The notes under the pieces were generated by a model. The model did no database searches. It saw only the letters and a list, made by a program, of their open reading frames with translations, and was not told the DNA's origin. This document shows, one piece after another, positions 24,851 to 38,654 of a stretch of DNA of 64,000 nt (position 1 is its first letter; every line of letters begins with the position of its first letter). Location of the stretch: positions 146,818,001-146,882,000 of the forward strand of contig NC_086097.1 of the NCBI RefSeq assembly GCF_963921235.1, in the 5' to 3' direction. Made by a program: the position numbers and the translations under genes. This DNA comes from Mobula hypostoma (taxonomy: Eukaryota).

Positions 24851-27800
24851 GTGAGAGGGACCAATGTTAGTACCAATGACACAGATAGGACAAAGGAGGA
24901 GGTCCTGAAGAGAGATTTCCAGGAGTTAGGAAGGAAGCTGAGAAGCAGGACCTCCAGGGTAGTAATCTCGGGATTGCTACCTGTGCCGCGAGCTAGCGAG
25001 GGCAAGAGTAGTCGGATCAGGCAGATGAATGCCTGGCTGAGAGACTGGTGTAGGGGGCAGGGCTTCAGATTCTTGGATAATTGGGATCTCTTCTGGGGAA
25101 AGTATGACCTGTTCAAAAAGGACAGGTTACACCTGAACCCGAAGGGGACCAATATCCTGGCGGGAAAGTTTAATAGAGCTGTTAGGGAGGGTTTAAACTA
25201 ATTTGGCAGGGGGATGGGAACCGGAATGATAGAGCGGAGGAAGAGGAAAACAGAAATAAATCTAAGATAGTGAGCAGTAAAGATGTCAGGAAAGACAGGC
25301 AGGTGATGGGGCAAATGTGTAGCCATTGGGATGAGTTGCAGTGCAATAAAGTTGCAGTGAAATCAAAGCAAAAAGTATCAAATACTGGTCTTAAGGTGTT
25401 GTACTTAAATGCACGCAGCATAAGGAATAAGGTGGATGATCTTGTTGTACAGCTACAGATTGGCAGGTATGATATTGTGGCCATCACTGAGACCTGGCTA
25501 AAGGATGCATGTCTCTGGGAGCTGAACGTCCAAGGATACACGGTGTATCGGAAGGATAGGAAGGTAGGCAGAGGGGGAGGCGTGGCTTTATTGGTAAGAA
25601 ATGATATTAAATCATTAGAAAGAGGTGATATAGGATCGGAAGGTGCAGAATCTTTATGGGTTGAGCTAAGGAATAGCAGGGGTAAAAGGACCCTGATGGC
25701 AGTTATTTATAGGCCTCCAAACAGCTGCAGGGATGTGGACTACAAATTACAACAGGAAATAGAAAAGGCTTGTCAGAAGGGCAGTGTTATGATAATTGTG
25801 GGGGATTTTAACATGCGAGTGGATTGGGAAAATCAGGTCGGCACTGGATCTCAAGAGAGAGAATTTGTAGAATGTCTGCGAGATGGCTTTTTAGAACAGC
25901 TTGTTGTTGTGCCCACTAGGGGATCGGCTGTACTGGATTGGGTATTGTGTAATGAACCAGAGGTGATTAGAGAGATTGAGGTGAAGGAACCCTTCGGAGG
26001 CAGTGATCATAACATGATTGAGTTCACTGTGAAATTAGAAAAAGAGAAGCCGAAATCTGATGTGTCGGTGTTTCAGTGGAGTAAAGGAAATTACAGTGGC
26101 ATGAGAGAGGAACTGGCCAAAGTTGACTGGAAAGAGACACTGGCGGGAAAGACGGCAGAGCAGCAGTGGCTGGAGTTTATGCGAGAAATGAGGAATGTGC
26201 AAGACAGGTATATTCCAAAAAAGAAGAAATTTTCGAGTGGAAGAAGGATGCAACCGTGGTTGACAAGAGAAGTCAAAGCCAAAGTTAAAGCAAAGGAGAG
26301 GGCATACAAGGAAGCAATAATTAGTGGGAAGACAGGGGATTGGGAAGTTTTTAAAACCTTACAAAAGGAAACCAAGAAGGTCATTAAGAGAGAAAAGATT
26401 AACTATGAAAGGAAACTAGCAAGTAATATCAAAGAGGATACTAAAAGCTTTTTCAAGTATATAAAGAGTAAAAGACAGGTGAGAGTAGATATAGGACCGA
26501 TAGAAAATGATACTGGAGAAATTGTAATGGGAAATGAGGAGATGGCAGAGGAACTGAACAAGTATTTTGCATCAGTCTTCACTGAGGAAGACAGCAGGAT
26601 ACCGGACACTCAAGGGTGGCAGTCACAATTACGACAGAGAAAGTACTCAGGAAGCTGAATAGGCTAAAGGTCAATAAATGTCCTGGACCAGATGGAATGC
26701 ACCCTCGTGTTCTGAAGGAAGTAGCTGTGGAGATTGCGGAGGCATTAGCAATGATCTTTCAAAAGTCGATAGATTCTGGCATGGTTCCGGAAGACTGGAA
26801 GATTGCAAATGTCACTCCGCTATTTAGGAAGGGGACAAGGAAGCAAAAAGGAAATTATAGACCTGTTAGCTTGACGTCGGTGGTTGGGAAGTTGTTGGAG
26901 TCGATTGTCAAGGATGAGGTTACAGAGTACCTGGAGGCATATGACAAGATAGACAGAACTCAGCATGGATTCCTTAAAGGAAAATCCTGCCTGACAAACC
27001 TATTACAATTTTTTGAGGAAATTACCAGTAGGCTAGACAAGGGAGATGCAGTGGATGTTGTATATTTGGATTTTCAGAAGGCCTTTGACAAGGTGCCACA
27101 CATGAGGCTACTTAACAAGATAAGAGCCCATGGAATTACAGGAAAGTTACATACGTGGATAGAGCGTTGGCTGATTGGCAGGAAACAGAGAGTGGGAATA
27201 AAGGGATCCTATTCTGGTTGGCTGCCGGTTACCAGTGGTGTTCCACAGGGATCAGTGTTGGGACCGCTTCTTTTTACATTGTACATCAACGATTTGGATT
27301 ATGGAATAGATGGCTTTGTGGCTAAGTTTGCTGACGATACGAACATAGGTGGAGGGGCCGGTAGTGCTGAGGGAACGGAGAGTCTGCAGAGAGACTTGGA
27401 TAGATTGGAAGAATGGGCAGAGAAGTGGCAAATAAAGTAGAATGTTGGAAAGTGTATGGTTATGCACTTTGGCAGAAAAAATAAACAGGCAGACTATTAT
27501 TTAAATGGAGAAAGAATTCAAAGTTCTGAGATGCAACGGGACTTGGGAGTCCTCGTACAGGATTCCCTTAAAGTTAACTTCCAGGTTGCGTCAGTAGTGA
27601 AGAAGGCGAATGCAATGTTGGCATTCATTTCTAGAGGAATAGAGTATAGGAGCAGGGATGTGATGTTGAGGCTCTATAAGGCGCTGGTGAGACTTCACTT
27701 GGAGTACTGTGGGCAGTTTTGGTCTCCTTATTTAAGAAAGGATGTGCTGACGTTGGAGACTGACGTTGGAGAGGATACAGAGAAGATTCACTAGAATGAT

Positions 27801-28280
27801 TCCGGGAATGAGAGGGTTAACATATGAGGAACGTTTGTCCGCTCTTGGACTGTATTCCTTGGAGTTTAGAAGAATGAGGGGAGACCTCATAGAAACATTT
27901 CGAATGTTAAAAGGCATGGAGAGAGTGCATGTGGCAAAGTTGTTTCCCATGATGGGGGAGTCTAGTACGAGAGGGCATGACTTCAGGATTGAAGGGCGCC
28001 CTTTCAGAACAGAAATGCGAAGAAATTTTTTTAGTCAGAGGGTGATGAATCTATGGAATTTGTCGCCATGGGCAGCAGTGGAGGCCAAGTCATTGGGTGT
28101 ATTTAAGTCAGAGATTGATAGGTATCTGAGTAGCCAGGGCATCAAAGGTTATGGTGAGAAGGCGGGGCAGTGGGACTAAATAGGATAAAATGGATCAGCT
28201 CATGATAAAATGGCGGAGCAGACTCGATGGGCCGAATGGCCTACTTCTGCTCCTTTGTCTTATGGTCTTATGGTCTTATG
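24851..28280 (+). mobile_element. Relatively young CR1 (ORF1 3' part plus most of ORF2)
   Basis: 462-aa endonuclease ORF, 274-aa RT ORF, few disablements, (tcttatgg)n tail. Confidence 0.96.
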
Positions 28281-28538
28281 GACCTGAAACCACAGGGAGA
28301 TCATGGGCAATTCATTCAAACTGCATTCCCCATCACCGTACCTTGGCAAGGCCAGGTATGTTGTTCGTGGGTCATGATATGAGAAGAGAGATTGAGGATG
28401 GCAAGAGCGAACAGAAGCAAGTCCAGTCAGAAATTTGATTGAGACTCTTAATCAGCAGGGAACACCAGAAAAGAAAGAGTGACAAAAGAAGTTCTGTGCC
28501 CCATTGCCAAGTATTTGGACAATATTTCCTTTCTGACG

Positions 28539-28584
28539 CAAACACGAGAAAATCTGCAGATGCTGGAAATCCAAGCAACACATA
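28539..28584 (-). mobile_element. Ultra-truncated Penelope pseudo-LTR end
   Basis: caaacacgagaaaatctgcagatgctgg matches the Penelope end at ~19108-19135. 8-bp TSD ttctgacg at 28531-28538 and 28585-28592. Confidence 0.65.
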
Positions 28585-30679
28585 TTCTGACGTGTTCCAC
28601 TTCGGTGGTAAGAAGCAACATCCAAAGTCATGTGTATGAGAATTTTAACCTTGATCAGCTACTGCCTGCCAAATATTTGCAATTTTACTTTAATCCCAGT
28701 GCTGCTATTTTGGAGCTTTGTGGCCCAGCTATTACTTCCACTTGGTACTGTGCAGCTGAGTATGCTTTCAGTAGCACAATGGACTACCCTTCAGTGATAT
28801 TTTATTGGAATTGGTTTGGAATGGAACTGATTTATTATTGTTGTGTATACTAAGAAACAATGAAAACTTTTCTTTGTAGGCCTTCCAGGCAGATCATGCC
28901 AAGCATCCAGTAAGTACACAGAGGTTTCAAAAAGTACACAAAATGCAAAGTATAGTACTGTGGCTATAGAGAGAGAATGCAGTGCAGGTAAACAGAGATA
29001 AAGATATTTTAAGTGATTATCCATTGCTTACAGGTTAATGAATGCTTAGTTTGTTTTGATTTCTAGCATTCTTCAGGGAACAGTGTTGAAGGACATTGCA
29101 TTGAATTTAATGGTTCTACACAGATCAGTTGTTCCAAGTTATATAAGTACAGAATCTTTTGGGGAAAAATATGGCTGAGAGAATGAGCAGAGGTTGTACA
29201 GCCAAGGACAAGCACTGGGAAGAGGTTGTACTGGGTATTATGCCTCCTGCCCACCCTATGCTTAAAGAGAAATTCTGGTCTCTGAACCTCAGTGAAAAAT
29301 ATTGTGTAGTGACATTTCTATCAGAAAGTTCTTACTGAAATCTGCCGCATGGTTTAGTCAGAACTACAAGCTCAAAAACAAAGCATCTGCTCTTTACAAG
29401 TGGTTGCCAAGGTCCGAATGTCATGAAGATTTTAGGTACTTCGGACCATCTAGTACAGATGTGGATTGGAGGCTCATAGAAACAGTTCCTCTGGCCCATC
29501 ATATCCATGCCAACCATCAAGCCCTGTCTCTACTAGTCCCATTTATCAGAATTTGGGCAGTAGCCTACTGTGACTTAGTGATTCAAGAGCTCATTCTCTT
29601 CCTTCTTAAATGCTCTCAGTGTATCTTCTTCCACCATCTTCTCAGTGTGGGGGAGGTGGGGCCTCTGAAAGAAGAAAGTTCTCCCTCAGATCTCTCCAAA
29701 ATCACTTACTCCTTGACAAACCAGTGACCTTTGGTTACAGGGACCTCTGCTATGGGGATAAGTTTCTTACTATATTCCTTGTCTATGGCTCGGATCATTT
29801 TTATACCTCCATCAGGTTACCCCCTCAGCCTCTTCTGCTCCAAGGAAGACAACTCCAGCCTATCTGGTCTCTCCTTAAAACTGAAGCATTCCATCCCAGG
29901 CAATATCTTGGTGACTCCTTTGCATCCTTTCTGGTTCCGAGAAGTGCGGTGAACAGAAAGTCACACAACATTTCAGCTGTGGCAAAAAAATGTTTAGTAC
30001 AGTTGTACCAAGATCTTCATGCATTCTGTGCTCCAACGAAGACAAATATCCCCTATGCCTTTTTCATCACCCCATTTACCTGTGCTGCCATCTTCTTCAA
30101 AGATACACCAAGCTCCTTTTGTTCCTAATATTCATTTGGATTCTACCTACTATTGCTGTGTAGTCAATGGCAGCCTAAGTATCCATGATCTCCCTATGGT
30201 TTTAGTTGGATAACTTAAGAATAATTTCATCTTAATAGGCTTATTTTCCAGGTACCTTATTCACTATAAATGATTGAACTCATTCTTCCATGACATTTAC
30301 AAACTGCTTTGATATAACACTGAATGATCTCAAAAAGGACTTTCATTTCCTTTCCTTTATTAAAAATATCTAAAATGTTGTCAATCCATACTTATTGCTA
30401 TTAATGCAATAATCTGTGAAATGTGAATGCCACTTGCAAAGCTGACATTTGTTTCACATTCCCGTGTTGTACTGGAAAAGTGCTGATGGAGCTGCTTCTG
30501 AAGCAAATGAATGGTTCACTACATCTCTTCAGAGAGAATTTGAGAATTAATCACAATGCTGTGGACTGGAGTCGCATGTAGGCAGACCAACTAGTACCTC
30601 CTTCGTTAATATGTAACCCCATCTTTCTGCTCCAAGATGCAACTACTCATGCTTATTAGGATTAAGTTCTATCTGCCAT

Positions 30680-33600
30680 CAATAGACAATAGACAATAGG
30701 TGCAGGAGTAGGCCATTCAGCCCTTTAAGCCAGCATCGCCGTTCACTGTGATCATGGCTGATCATCCACAATCAGTACCCCGTTCCTGACTTCTCCCCAT
30801 ACCCTTTGGCTCCGCTATCTTTAAGAGCTCTATCCAACTCTTTCTTGAAAGCATCCAGAGAATTGGCCTCCACTGCCTTCTGAGGCAGAGCATTCCACAG
30901 ATCCACAACCCTCTGTGTGAAAAAGTTTTTCCTCAACTCCATTCTAAATGGCCTACCCCTTATTCTTAGACTGTGGCCTCTGGTTCTGGACTCCCCCAAC
31001 ATCGGGAACATGTTTCCTGCCTCTAGCGTGTCTAATCCCTTAATAATCTTATATGTTTCAATCAGATCCCCTCTCATCCTTCTAAATTCCAGTGTATACA
31101 AGCTCAGTCGCTCTAACCTTTCAACATATCACAGTCCCGCCATCCCGGGAATTAACCTCGTGAACCTATGCTGTACTTCCTCAATAGCAAGAACATCCTT
31201 CCTCAAATTTGGAGACCAAAACTACACACAATACGCCAGGTGTGGTCTCACCAGGGCTCTATACAACTGCAGAAGGACGTCTTTGCTCCTAAACTCAGCT
31301 CCCCTTGTTATGAAGGCCAACTCACGATTAGCTTTCTTCACTGCCTGCTGTACCTGCATGCTTACTTTCAGTACTGATGAACAAGGACATTTAGGTCTCG
31401 TTGTACTTCCCCTTTTCCTAACTTGACACCATTCAGATAGTAATCTGCCTTCCTGTTCTTGCCACCAAAGTTGATAACCTCACATTTATTCACATTAAAC
31501 TGCATCTGCCCGCCCAACCTGTCCAAATCACCCTGCATTCTCATAACATCCTCCTCACATTTTACACTGCCACCCAGCTTTGTGTCATCTGCAAATTTGC
31601 TAATGTTACTTTTAATCCCTTCATCTAACTCATTAATGTATATTGTGAATAGCTGCGGTACCCCACTAGTCACTGCCTGCCATTCTGAAAGGGACCCATT
31701 AATCCCTACTCTTTGTTTTCTGTCTGCCAACCAATTTTCTATCCATGTCAGTACCCTACCCCCAATACCATGTGCTCTGATTTTGCCCACTAATCTCCTA
31801 TGTGGAACCTTATCAAAGGCTTTCTGAATGTCTAGGTACACTACATCTACTGGCTCTCCCTTGTCCATTTTCATAGTTACATCCTCAAAAAATTCCAGAA
31901 GATTAGTTAAGCATGATTTCCCCTTTGTAAATCCATGCTGAAGCGGACCGATCCTTTTACTGTTATCCAAATATGCTGCCATTTTATCTTTTATAATTGA
32001 CTCCAGCATCTTCCTGATGTCAGGCTAACTGGTCTATAATTCTCTGCTTTCTCTCTCCCTCCTTTCTTAAAAAGTGGGATGACACTAGCTACCCTCCAAT
32101 CCACAGGAACTGATCCTGAATCTATAGAACATAGGAAAATGATTACCAATGCAACCATGGGGATGGTGCTGGAGGATTGGCATATTGCTCATGTTTTTCC
32201 CTTGTTTAAAAAGGCTTCTAAGAGAAAACCTAGCAATTATCGGCCCGTGAGTTTGACGTCAGTGGCAGGTAAATTGATGGAAAATATTCTTAGAGATGGT
32301 ATATATAATTATCTGGATAGACCAGGTCTGATTAGGAACAGTCAACATGGATTTGTGCGTGGAAGGTCATGTTTGACAAATCTTATTGAATTTTTTGAAG
32401 AGGTTACTAGGAAAGTTGATGAGGGTAAAGCATTGGATGTTGTCTATATGGACTTCAGTAAGGCCTTTGACAAGGTCCCACACGGAAGGTTGGATAGGAA
32501 GGTTCAATCGTTAGGTATTAATATTGAAGTAGTAAAATGGATTCAGCAGTGGCTGGATGGGAGACGCCAGAGAGTGATGGTGGATAACTGTTTGTCAGAT
32601 TGGAGGCCGGTGATTAGTGGTGTGCCTCAGGGATCTGTACTGGTCCAATGTTATTTGTCATATACATTAATGACCTGGATGATGGGGTGGTAAATTGGAT
32701 GAGTAAGCATGCCTATGATAATAAGATAGGTGAAGTTGTGGATAATGAAGTAGGTTTTCAAAGCTTGCAGGGAGATTTAGGCCAGTTAGAAGAGTGGGCT
32801 GAAAGATGGCAGATGGAGTTTAATGCTGAAAAATGTGAGGTGCTATATTTTGGTAGGACTAATCAAAATAGGACATACATGGTAAATGGTAGGGCATTGA
32901 AGAATGCAGTAGAACAGAGGGATCTGGGAATAATGGTGCATAGTTCCCTGAAGGTGGAATCTCATGTGGATAGGGTGGTGAAGAAAGCTTTTAGTATGCT
33001 GGCCTTTATAAATCAGAGCATTGAGTATAGGAGTTGGGATGTAATGTTGAAATTGTACAAGGCATTGGTGAGGCCAAATTTGGAGTATTGTGTACAGTTT
33101 AGGTCACCAAATTATAGGAAAGATGTCAACCAAATAGAGAGAGTACAGAGGAGATTTACTAGAATGTTATCTGGGTTTCATCACCTAAGTTACGAGAAAG
33201 GTTGAACAAGTTGGGTCTTTAATCTTTGGAACGTAGAAGGTTGAGAGGGGACTTGATAGAGGTATTTAAAATTATGAGAGGGATAGATAGAGTTGACGTG
33301 GGTAGGTTTTTTCCATTGAGAGTGGGGGAGATTCAAACAAGAGGACATGAGTTGAGAGTCAAAAGGCAAAAGTTTAGGGGTAACATGAGGGGGAACTTCT
33401 TTACTCAAGAGTGGTAGCTGTGTGGAACGAGCTTCCAGCAGAAGTGGTTGAGGCAGGTTCGATGTTGTAATTTAAAGTTAAATTGGACAGCTATATGGAC
33501 AGGAAAGGAATGGGGGGTTATGGGCTGAGTGCAGGTCAGTGGGACTAGGTGAGAGTAAGAGTTCAGCATGGACTAAAAGGGTCAAGATGGCCTGTTTCCA

Positions 33601-34890
33601 TGCTGTTATTGTTATATGGTTATATCGTTATGATTTCTAGAGCCACCTCCTTAAGTACCCTGGGATGCAGACTATCAGGCCCTACGGATTTATCAGCCTT
33701 CAGTCCCATCAGTCTACCCAACACCATTTTCTGCCAAATGTGAATTTCCTTCAGTTCCTCCGTTACCCTAGGTCCTCTGGCCAGTATTACATCTGGGGGA
33801 TTGTTTGTGTTTTCCCTAGTGAAGACAGATCCAAAGTACCTGTTCAACTCATCTGCCATTTCCTTGTTCTCCATAATAATTTCACCCGTTTCTGTCTTCA
33901 AGGGCCCAACTTTGGTCTTAACTAATTTTTTCCTCGTCACATACCTAAAGAAGCTTTTACTATCCTCCTTTATATTCTTGGCTAGCTTACCTTCATACCT
34001 TATCTTTTCTCCCCGTATTGCCTTTTTAGTTATCTTCTGTTGCTCTTTAAGAGTTTCCCAATCCTCTGTCTTCCCGCTCATCTTTGCTATGTTATACTTC
34101 TTCTCTTTTATTTTTATACTGTCCTTGACTTCCATTGTCAGCTACGGTCGCCCCTTACCCCCCTTAGAATCTTTCTTCCTCTTAAACTGAACTGATCCTG
34201 TATCTTCTGTATTATTCCCAGAAATACCTGCCATTGTTGTTCCACTGTCATCCCTGCTAGGGTATCTTTCCATTCAACTTTGGCCAGCTCCTCCCTCATG
34301 GCTCCATAGCCCCCTTTGTTCAACTGTAATACTGACACTTCCGATTTTCCCTTCTCCCTCTCAAATTGTAGATTAAAACTTTTCATATCATGGTCACTAC
34401 CTCCTAATGGCTCCTTTACCTCGAGTTCCCTTATCAAATCCGGTTCACTACACAACACTAAATCCAGAATTGCCTTCTCCCTGATAGGCTCTAGTAAAAG
34501 CTGCTCTAAGAATCCATCTCAGAGGCACTCCACAAACTCCCTTTCTTGAGGTCCAGTACCAACCTGATTTTCCCAGTCTACCTGCATGTTGAAATCCCCC
34601 ATAACGACCGTAACATTAACTTTGTGACATGCCAATTTTAACTCTTGATTCAACTTGCACCCTATTTCCAGGCTACTGTTTGGGGGCCTGTAGATAACTC
34701 CCGTTAGAGTCTTTTTGCCCTTACAATTTCTCAGTTCTATCCATACTGACTCTACATCTCCTGATTCTGGGTCACCCCTCGCGAGGGACTGAATTTCATT
34801 CCTCACCAACAGAGCCACCCTACCCCTTCTGCCCAACTGTCTGACCTTTCGATAGGACATATACCCTTGCATCTTCATTTCCCATAACCT
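30680..34890 (-). mobile_element. CR1 LINE interrupted by an oppositely oriented CR1
   Basis: Minus-strand endonuclease and RT ORFs at 30772-32009 and 33620-34896. Confidence 0.92.
32153..33625 (+). mobile_element. CR1 LINE RT fragment nested in CR1
   Basis: Plus ORFs 32079-33417 with RT motifs and a 3' tail; the host minus CR1 resumes at ~33630. Confidence 0.92.
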
Positions 34891-35069
34891 TGCCAAATTT
34901 ACACGTTGAGTAGTGTTTTTCTGTAGACTAGGACTACCCTTGGATAAGGGAGGTCAGCAGCACCCTCTTTGTAAAGAAAGAAAGATGATTATGTTTGATT
35001 CTTTCCTGCCAGGTAAGGAGTGCAGGCTTCTGCGTGGTGTAGAGTATCATTGAGTGTGCTCTCAGAATA

Positions 35070-38035
35070 GGTTCAACACAGAAACAAGCCCTTCAGCCCA
35101 ACCAATCATTCAATCCAACCAAATTGTCTAACTAAGCTTGTCCCATTTGCATGCATTTGGCCCAGGACGCCCTAAACCTTTCCTATCCATCGTACCTTCC
35201 ATATGCCTGCTAAATGTCATAATTATACCTTTATCCGTCATTTCCATTGGTAGCTTGTTCCATAAGTTCACTGACCTCTGTATGAAAAAGTTGCCCAACA
35301 GGTCCCTTTTCCTGTTTCATTATAAGCTAGTGCTTTGTGGTTTTGGACAACCTACACTGGGAAAAAAAAGACTTTAGTTATTCGTCTTATCAATGTCCCT
35401 TATCATTTTATACCTTCTATACCACCCTGTCCACCTGTGTCCCACTTTTAAGGAACGGTATATCAACACCCTTTGTTTCTCTGTTCTACAATATTCCCCT
35501 AGGCCCAACCATTTACTGTGTAATAGTCTATGAGCCAGTCGGGTTGTTCGGTACCGTCTGAGGGGAATAATGCTCATAGTGATTTTTGGCAAGTTATACA
35601 ACTCTAGGGTTAGAAAATATGTGATAGCATTGCACCAGTGGTAGCTTAATGTGTGCTATCATGCATTTTATAACACTACCCTAAAATAAGCATTTCTGAA
35701 AAGTGGCCAATGTAAAGTGCAACATATATATTAAACCTAGTGGTATTTTGTCATCTGTGATCCCTCAGCATTGAAATTTGTCAAAATGATAGCTGAGTTC
35801 AAGCATTTTTCATCAAATGTTGTTATAAAATTCTACATTGAAAACTGCGTTCACCAGCATTTTTTGTGTGTGTTACATTGAAAACTATGTCATTGGTGGC
35901 ACTCATGGTACGGTGCCCAATTTCAGTAGAGTGAATCATTTCATCTTTAGAAAAAATATTTGTCTGTTGTTTATTTTAGAAAAGTCAATAAAAACCCTAG
36001 GACACATATAATCACATGGATTTGTGGAGAATTTATTTAGGAATTCAAATAAGTAATCATGTTTTGTATATATTCCATATTAACATCAGTACAGCAGAAA
36101 ATATTATCCCCCCCAGAAGGTAAGAAACCTCATTTGGAGAGATTTCTGGAGTTTTATCAATGTCATATTTTCCATATTGTTGTATCAAATCAAAGCAATC
36201 TTAAGGTTTTGTCATAGCATATAGAATTACAGTACAATAATTCAAATGTGGGGTTCCACATGGCCATAACCTAGGCCCCATTTGGTTGTAAAATGAATAT
36301 ATTTAATCAAAGACTGCTTTCCATACTTTGTATTCCATACTTTCATAACCTATTAATAATCATAATAACTTTCCAAGTCTTCTATGTCTTCCACATCTTC
36401 ATCTGAACTTTCCATACTCTCTGAGGTGGATGCCTGGTTCTCAGTCTGCCAGTCTACACATGTCAGTACACCTGAGGCCATTTGCAACACACATACATCT
36501 TGGGAGTGAACATTATTTTGAACAGTTACAGGCCAGTAGATCCAGGATGGCATCAGGTGCTGGCTGGCCTTCCATCCAGTGCACCACCAACTGTTCAGCT
36601 TCCTCTTCTCTCTCCATCTTCCATCCTCTGCCAACAGGGCTTGGCACTTGTGCGTCCTTCTCCAAACATCTTCTCCATATACCAGCCTCGTAGTTGGCTC
36701 GCTGTGCATGTTTTGTTAAGCAGTCCTTGCATGGTGGGAGTTGATGACTTTCGATTTCACCGTTTTTTGGCACAGAAAAGATGATACCTGAGTTCATTGA
36801 CTTTGGTGGTCGATGCTTTTTGGGGCATACAAGAGACATGTAAGTGCCTCCAGTTTGTCCATTAGTTCTGGGGAGAGGTCCCATTCCTGACCCAACTCTA
36901 AGAATGTGTCCTGAGTTTCCCCGTTGCTGGTCAGAAGTTTTAGGGCACTTGTCTTCCCTTTGCCTGAAAAAGCACTTACAGTGTCACATCCTGTATATGT
37001 GTGCAACCCAATGAGAGCCCTACAAACCTCTATGCCAACAGTGGCAGCAACCTTCCTGGTGTCTACACGCCTTGTACGGGTTCTAGTGCCACACTTCTGG
37101 AACAATGGGACCTCAATCTTGTCACAAAATGCTAAAGACATGATAAAGACATTTGTGTCTTCTGAGCAGATCACTACAGATTGGTATCCTTCTCTTGTTG
37201 AAACTGAAGAGCTGACACCTCCTCACTGTCTTGAGATGTGATTCTGTAACATTTGTCATTCACAGTTGCTTACAGAATCCTCTCCTGTAGCTTTGCTCTG
37301 TACTCCGCCTTCCTCCATTCATGGACTATGAAGCTAATGAGACTATTTTTGTTACTGACTTTGGTCAGGAAGCTCCTCCACTGCCTCACATCTGTGTGCC
37401 TGTGATACCTTGTAACTCATGACCAGTCTCTTCACCCCGTAGAGATCTTTCACTCCTCTTGATAGAGCTCTACACAGAAAGCTACCACCGTTGCAATGCT
37501 ATCACATATTTTCTAGCACTAGGGGTGTATACCTTGCCAAAAATCACTATAAGAATTATACCCCCCAGGTGGTACTGGTGGCCCACATATGGGGTCCTGG
37601 CTCACAGATGATAAGTCCTGCCTGGTTTTTCATAGCAAAATAAAACACCTCAGATTTATCTAAATTAAATTCCAACTGTCATTCTTTGGTCCACTGGTTT
37701 AGTTGATCTAGATCAACCTAAGATAACCTTCTTCACCATCCACTATACCATCAATCATAGTATAATCTACAAGGTATTAATTATGCCACCTATATTCTCT
37801 CTTTCTTTTTAAATCTTTTTATTGCCACCTATATTCTCATCCAGATCATTCATATGAACAACAATGGACCCAGTACTGATCTCTGTGACACACCACTGAC
37901 CGCATTTTTCCGATATGAAAAACAATCCTGCACCACAAACCTCTGTCTTCTGCCATCAAACTATGTTTGTATCCAATTGGCTAGCTCCCCCAAGATCCCA
38001 TGTCAGGTGGTCTAGCTTCCTGGACTAGCCTAATA
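35070..38035 (-). mobile_element. Old CR1 3' half split by the Academ element
   Basis: CR1 sequence ...ccatttactgtg[TAA]gtcctgcc... is contiguous once 35524-37614 is removed. Confidence 0.75.
35524..37611 (-). mobile_element. Academ-type DNA transposon, internally deleted
   Basis: ~120-bp imperfect TIRs beginning TAGTCTATGAGCCAG; TAA TSD at 35521-35523 and 37612-37614. Transposase remnants SEDTNV, LHTYTGCDTVSAF, LPP...HAQRANY...W...GW (XPG-like) and a C-terminal Cys cluster with acidic tail. Confidence 0.82.
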
Positions 38036-38654
38036 TGCAGGAGTTAGTATCAGTAATATTGACCATGAAGCTACTGTACCATTATAAAAACCCAAATGGC
38101 ATTAGTTCCCTTTATGGAAGAAAATTAGCACACATACTGGGTACAGCCTGTATACAGTTTGAGACCACAACAATGAGGTTGATGCAAAACTCTCTTGGGA
38201 AATTAAAGGCTAGCAATAAGTCCTGGTCTTGCTGGAAACACAAATAGCCTGTAAATTAAAGAAAATAACACTTTGTGAATCTCACAGAGATTTCATATAT
38301 CCTAACTGCCCAGGTGGTGAGAAACACAGACCCTTGTGTATCATCACTAGTCACCAGCAGCCAACCAGTACGACTCAACATACAGATGAATGGCTATAAA
38401 ACTGGAACCAGTCATAATGCTTTCATATGGTATCAACTCTCTGTACCTTCTGTATTTCACCATCAAAACTAAAGTCTGTTCCATGTTCTTTGACATACCA
38501 TGCAACACTGCTGCAAGGTTTGCCAATGGTCCAGGGACCAGTAGCCACCTTCCACAGGCAAACATATCATACCCTTTGTTTTTAGCTTCTGCTTTTTCCT
38601 TTAGTGCCACCTGTCATGTCTGCTTGTCCCTCATAAATAATTCCTCATCACTTA

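Noticed and set aside
25270..27440. Long endonuclease/RT ORFs as an active or domesticated gene
   Set aside because: 5'-truncated, frameshifted, with an in-frame stop at 27438-27440; an ordinary CR1 copy.
38347..38610. Minus-strand ORF with an AG|GTG boundary as a possible exon
   Set aside because: No recognisable protein similarity, weak polypyrimidine tract, no partner exons.
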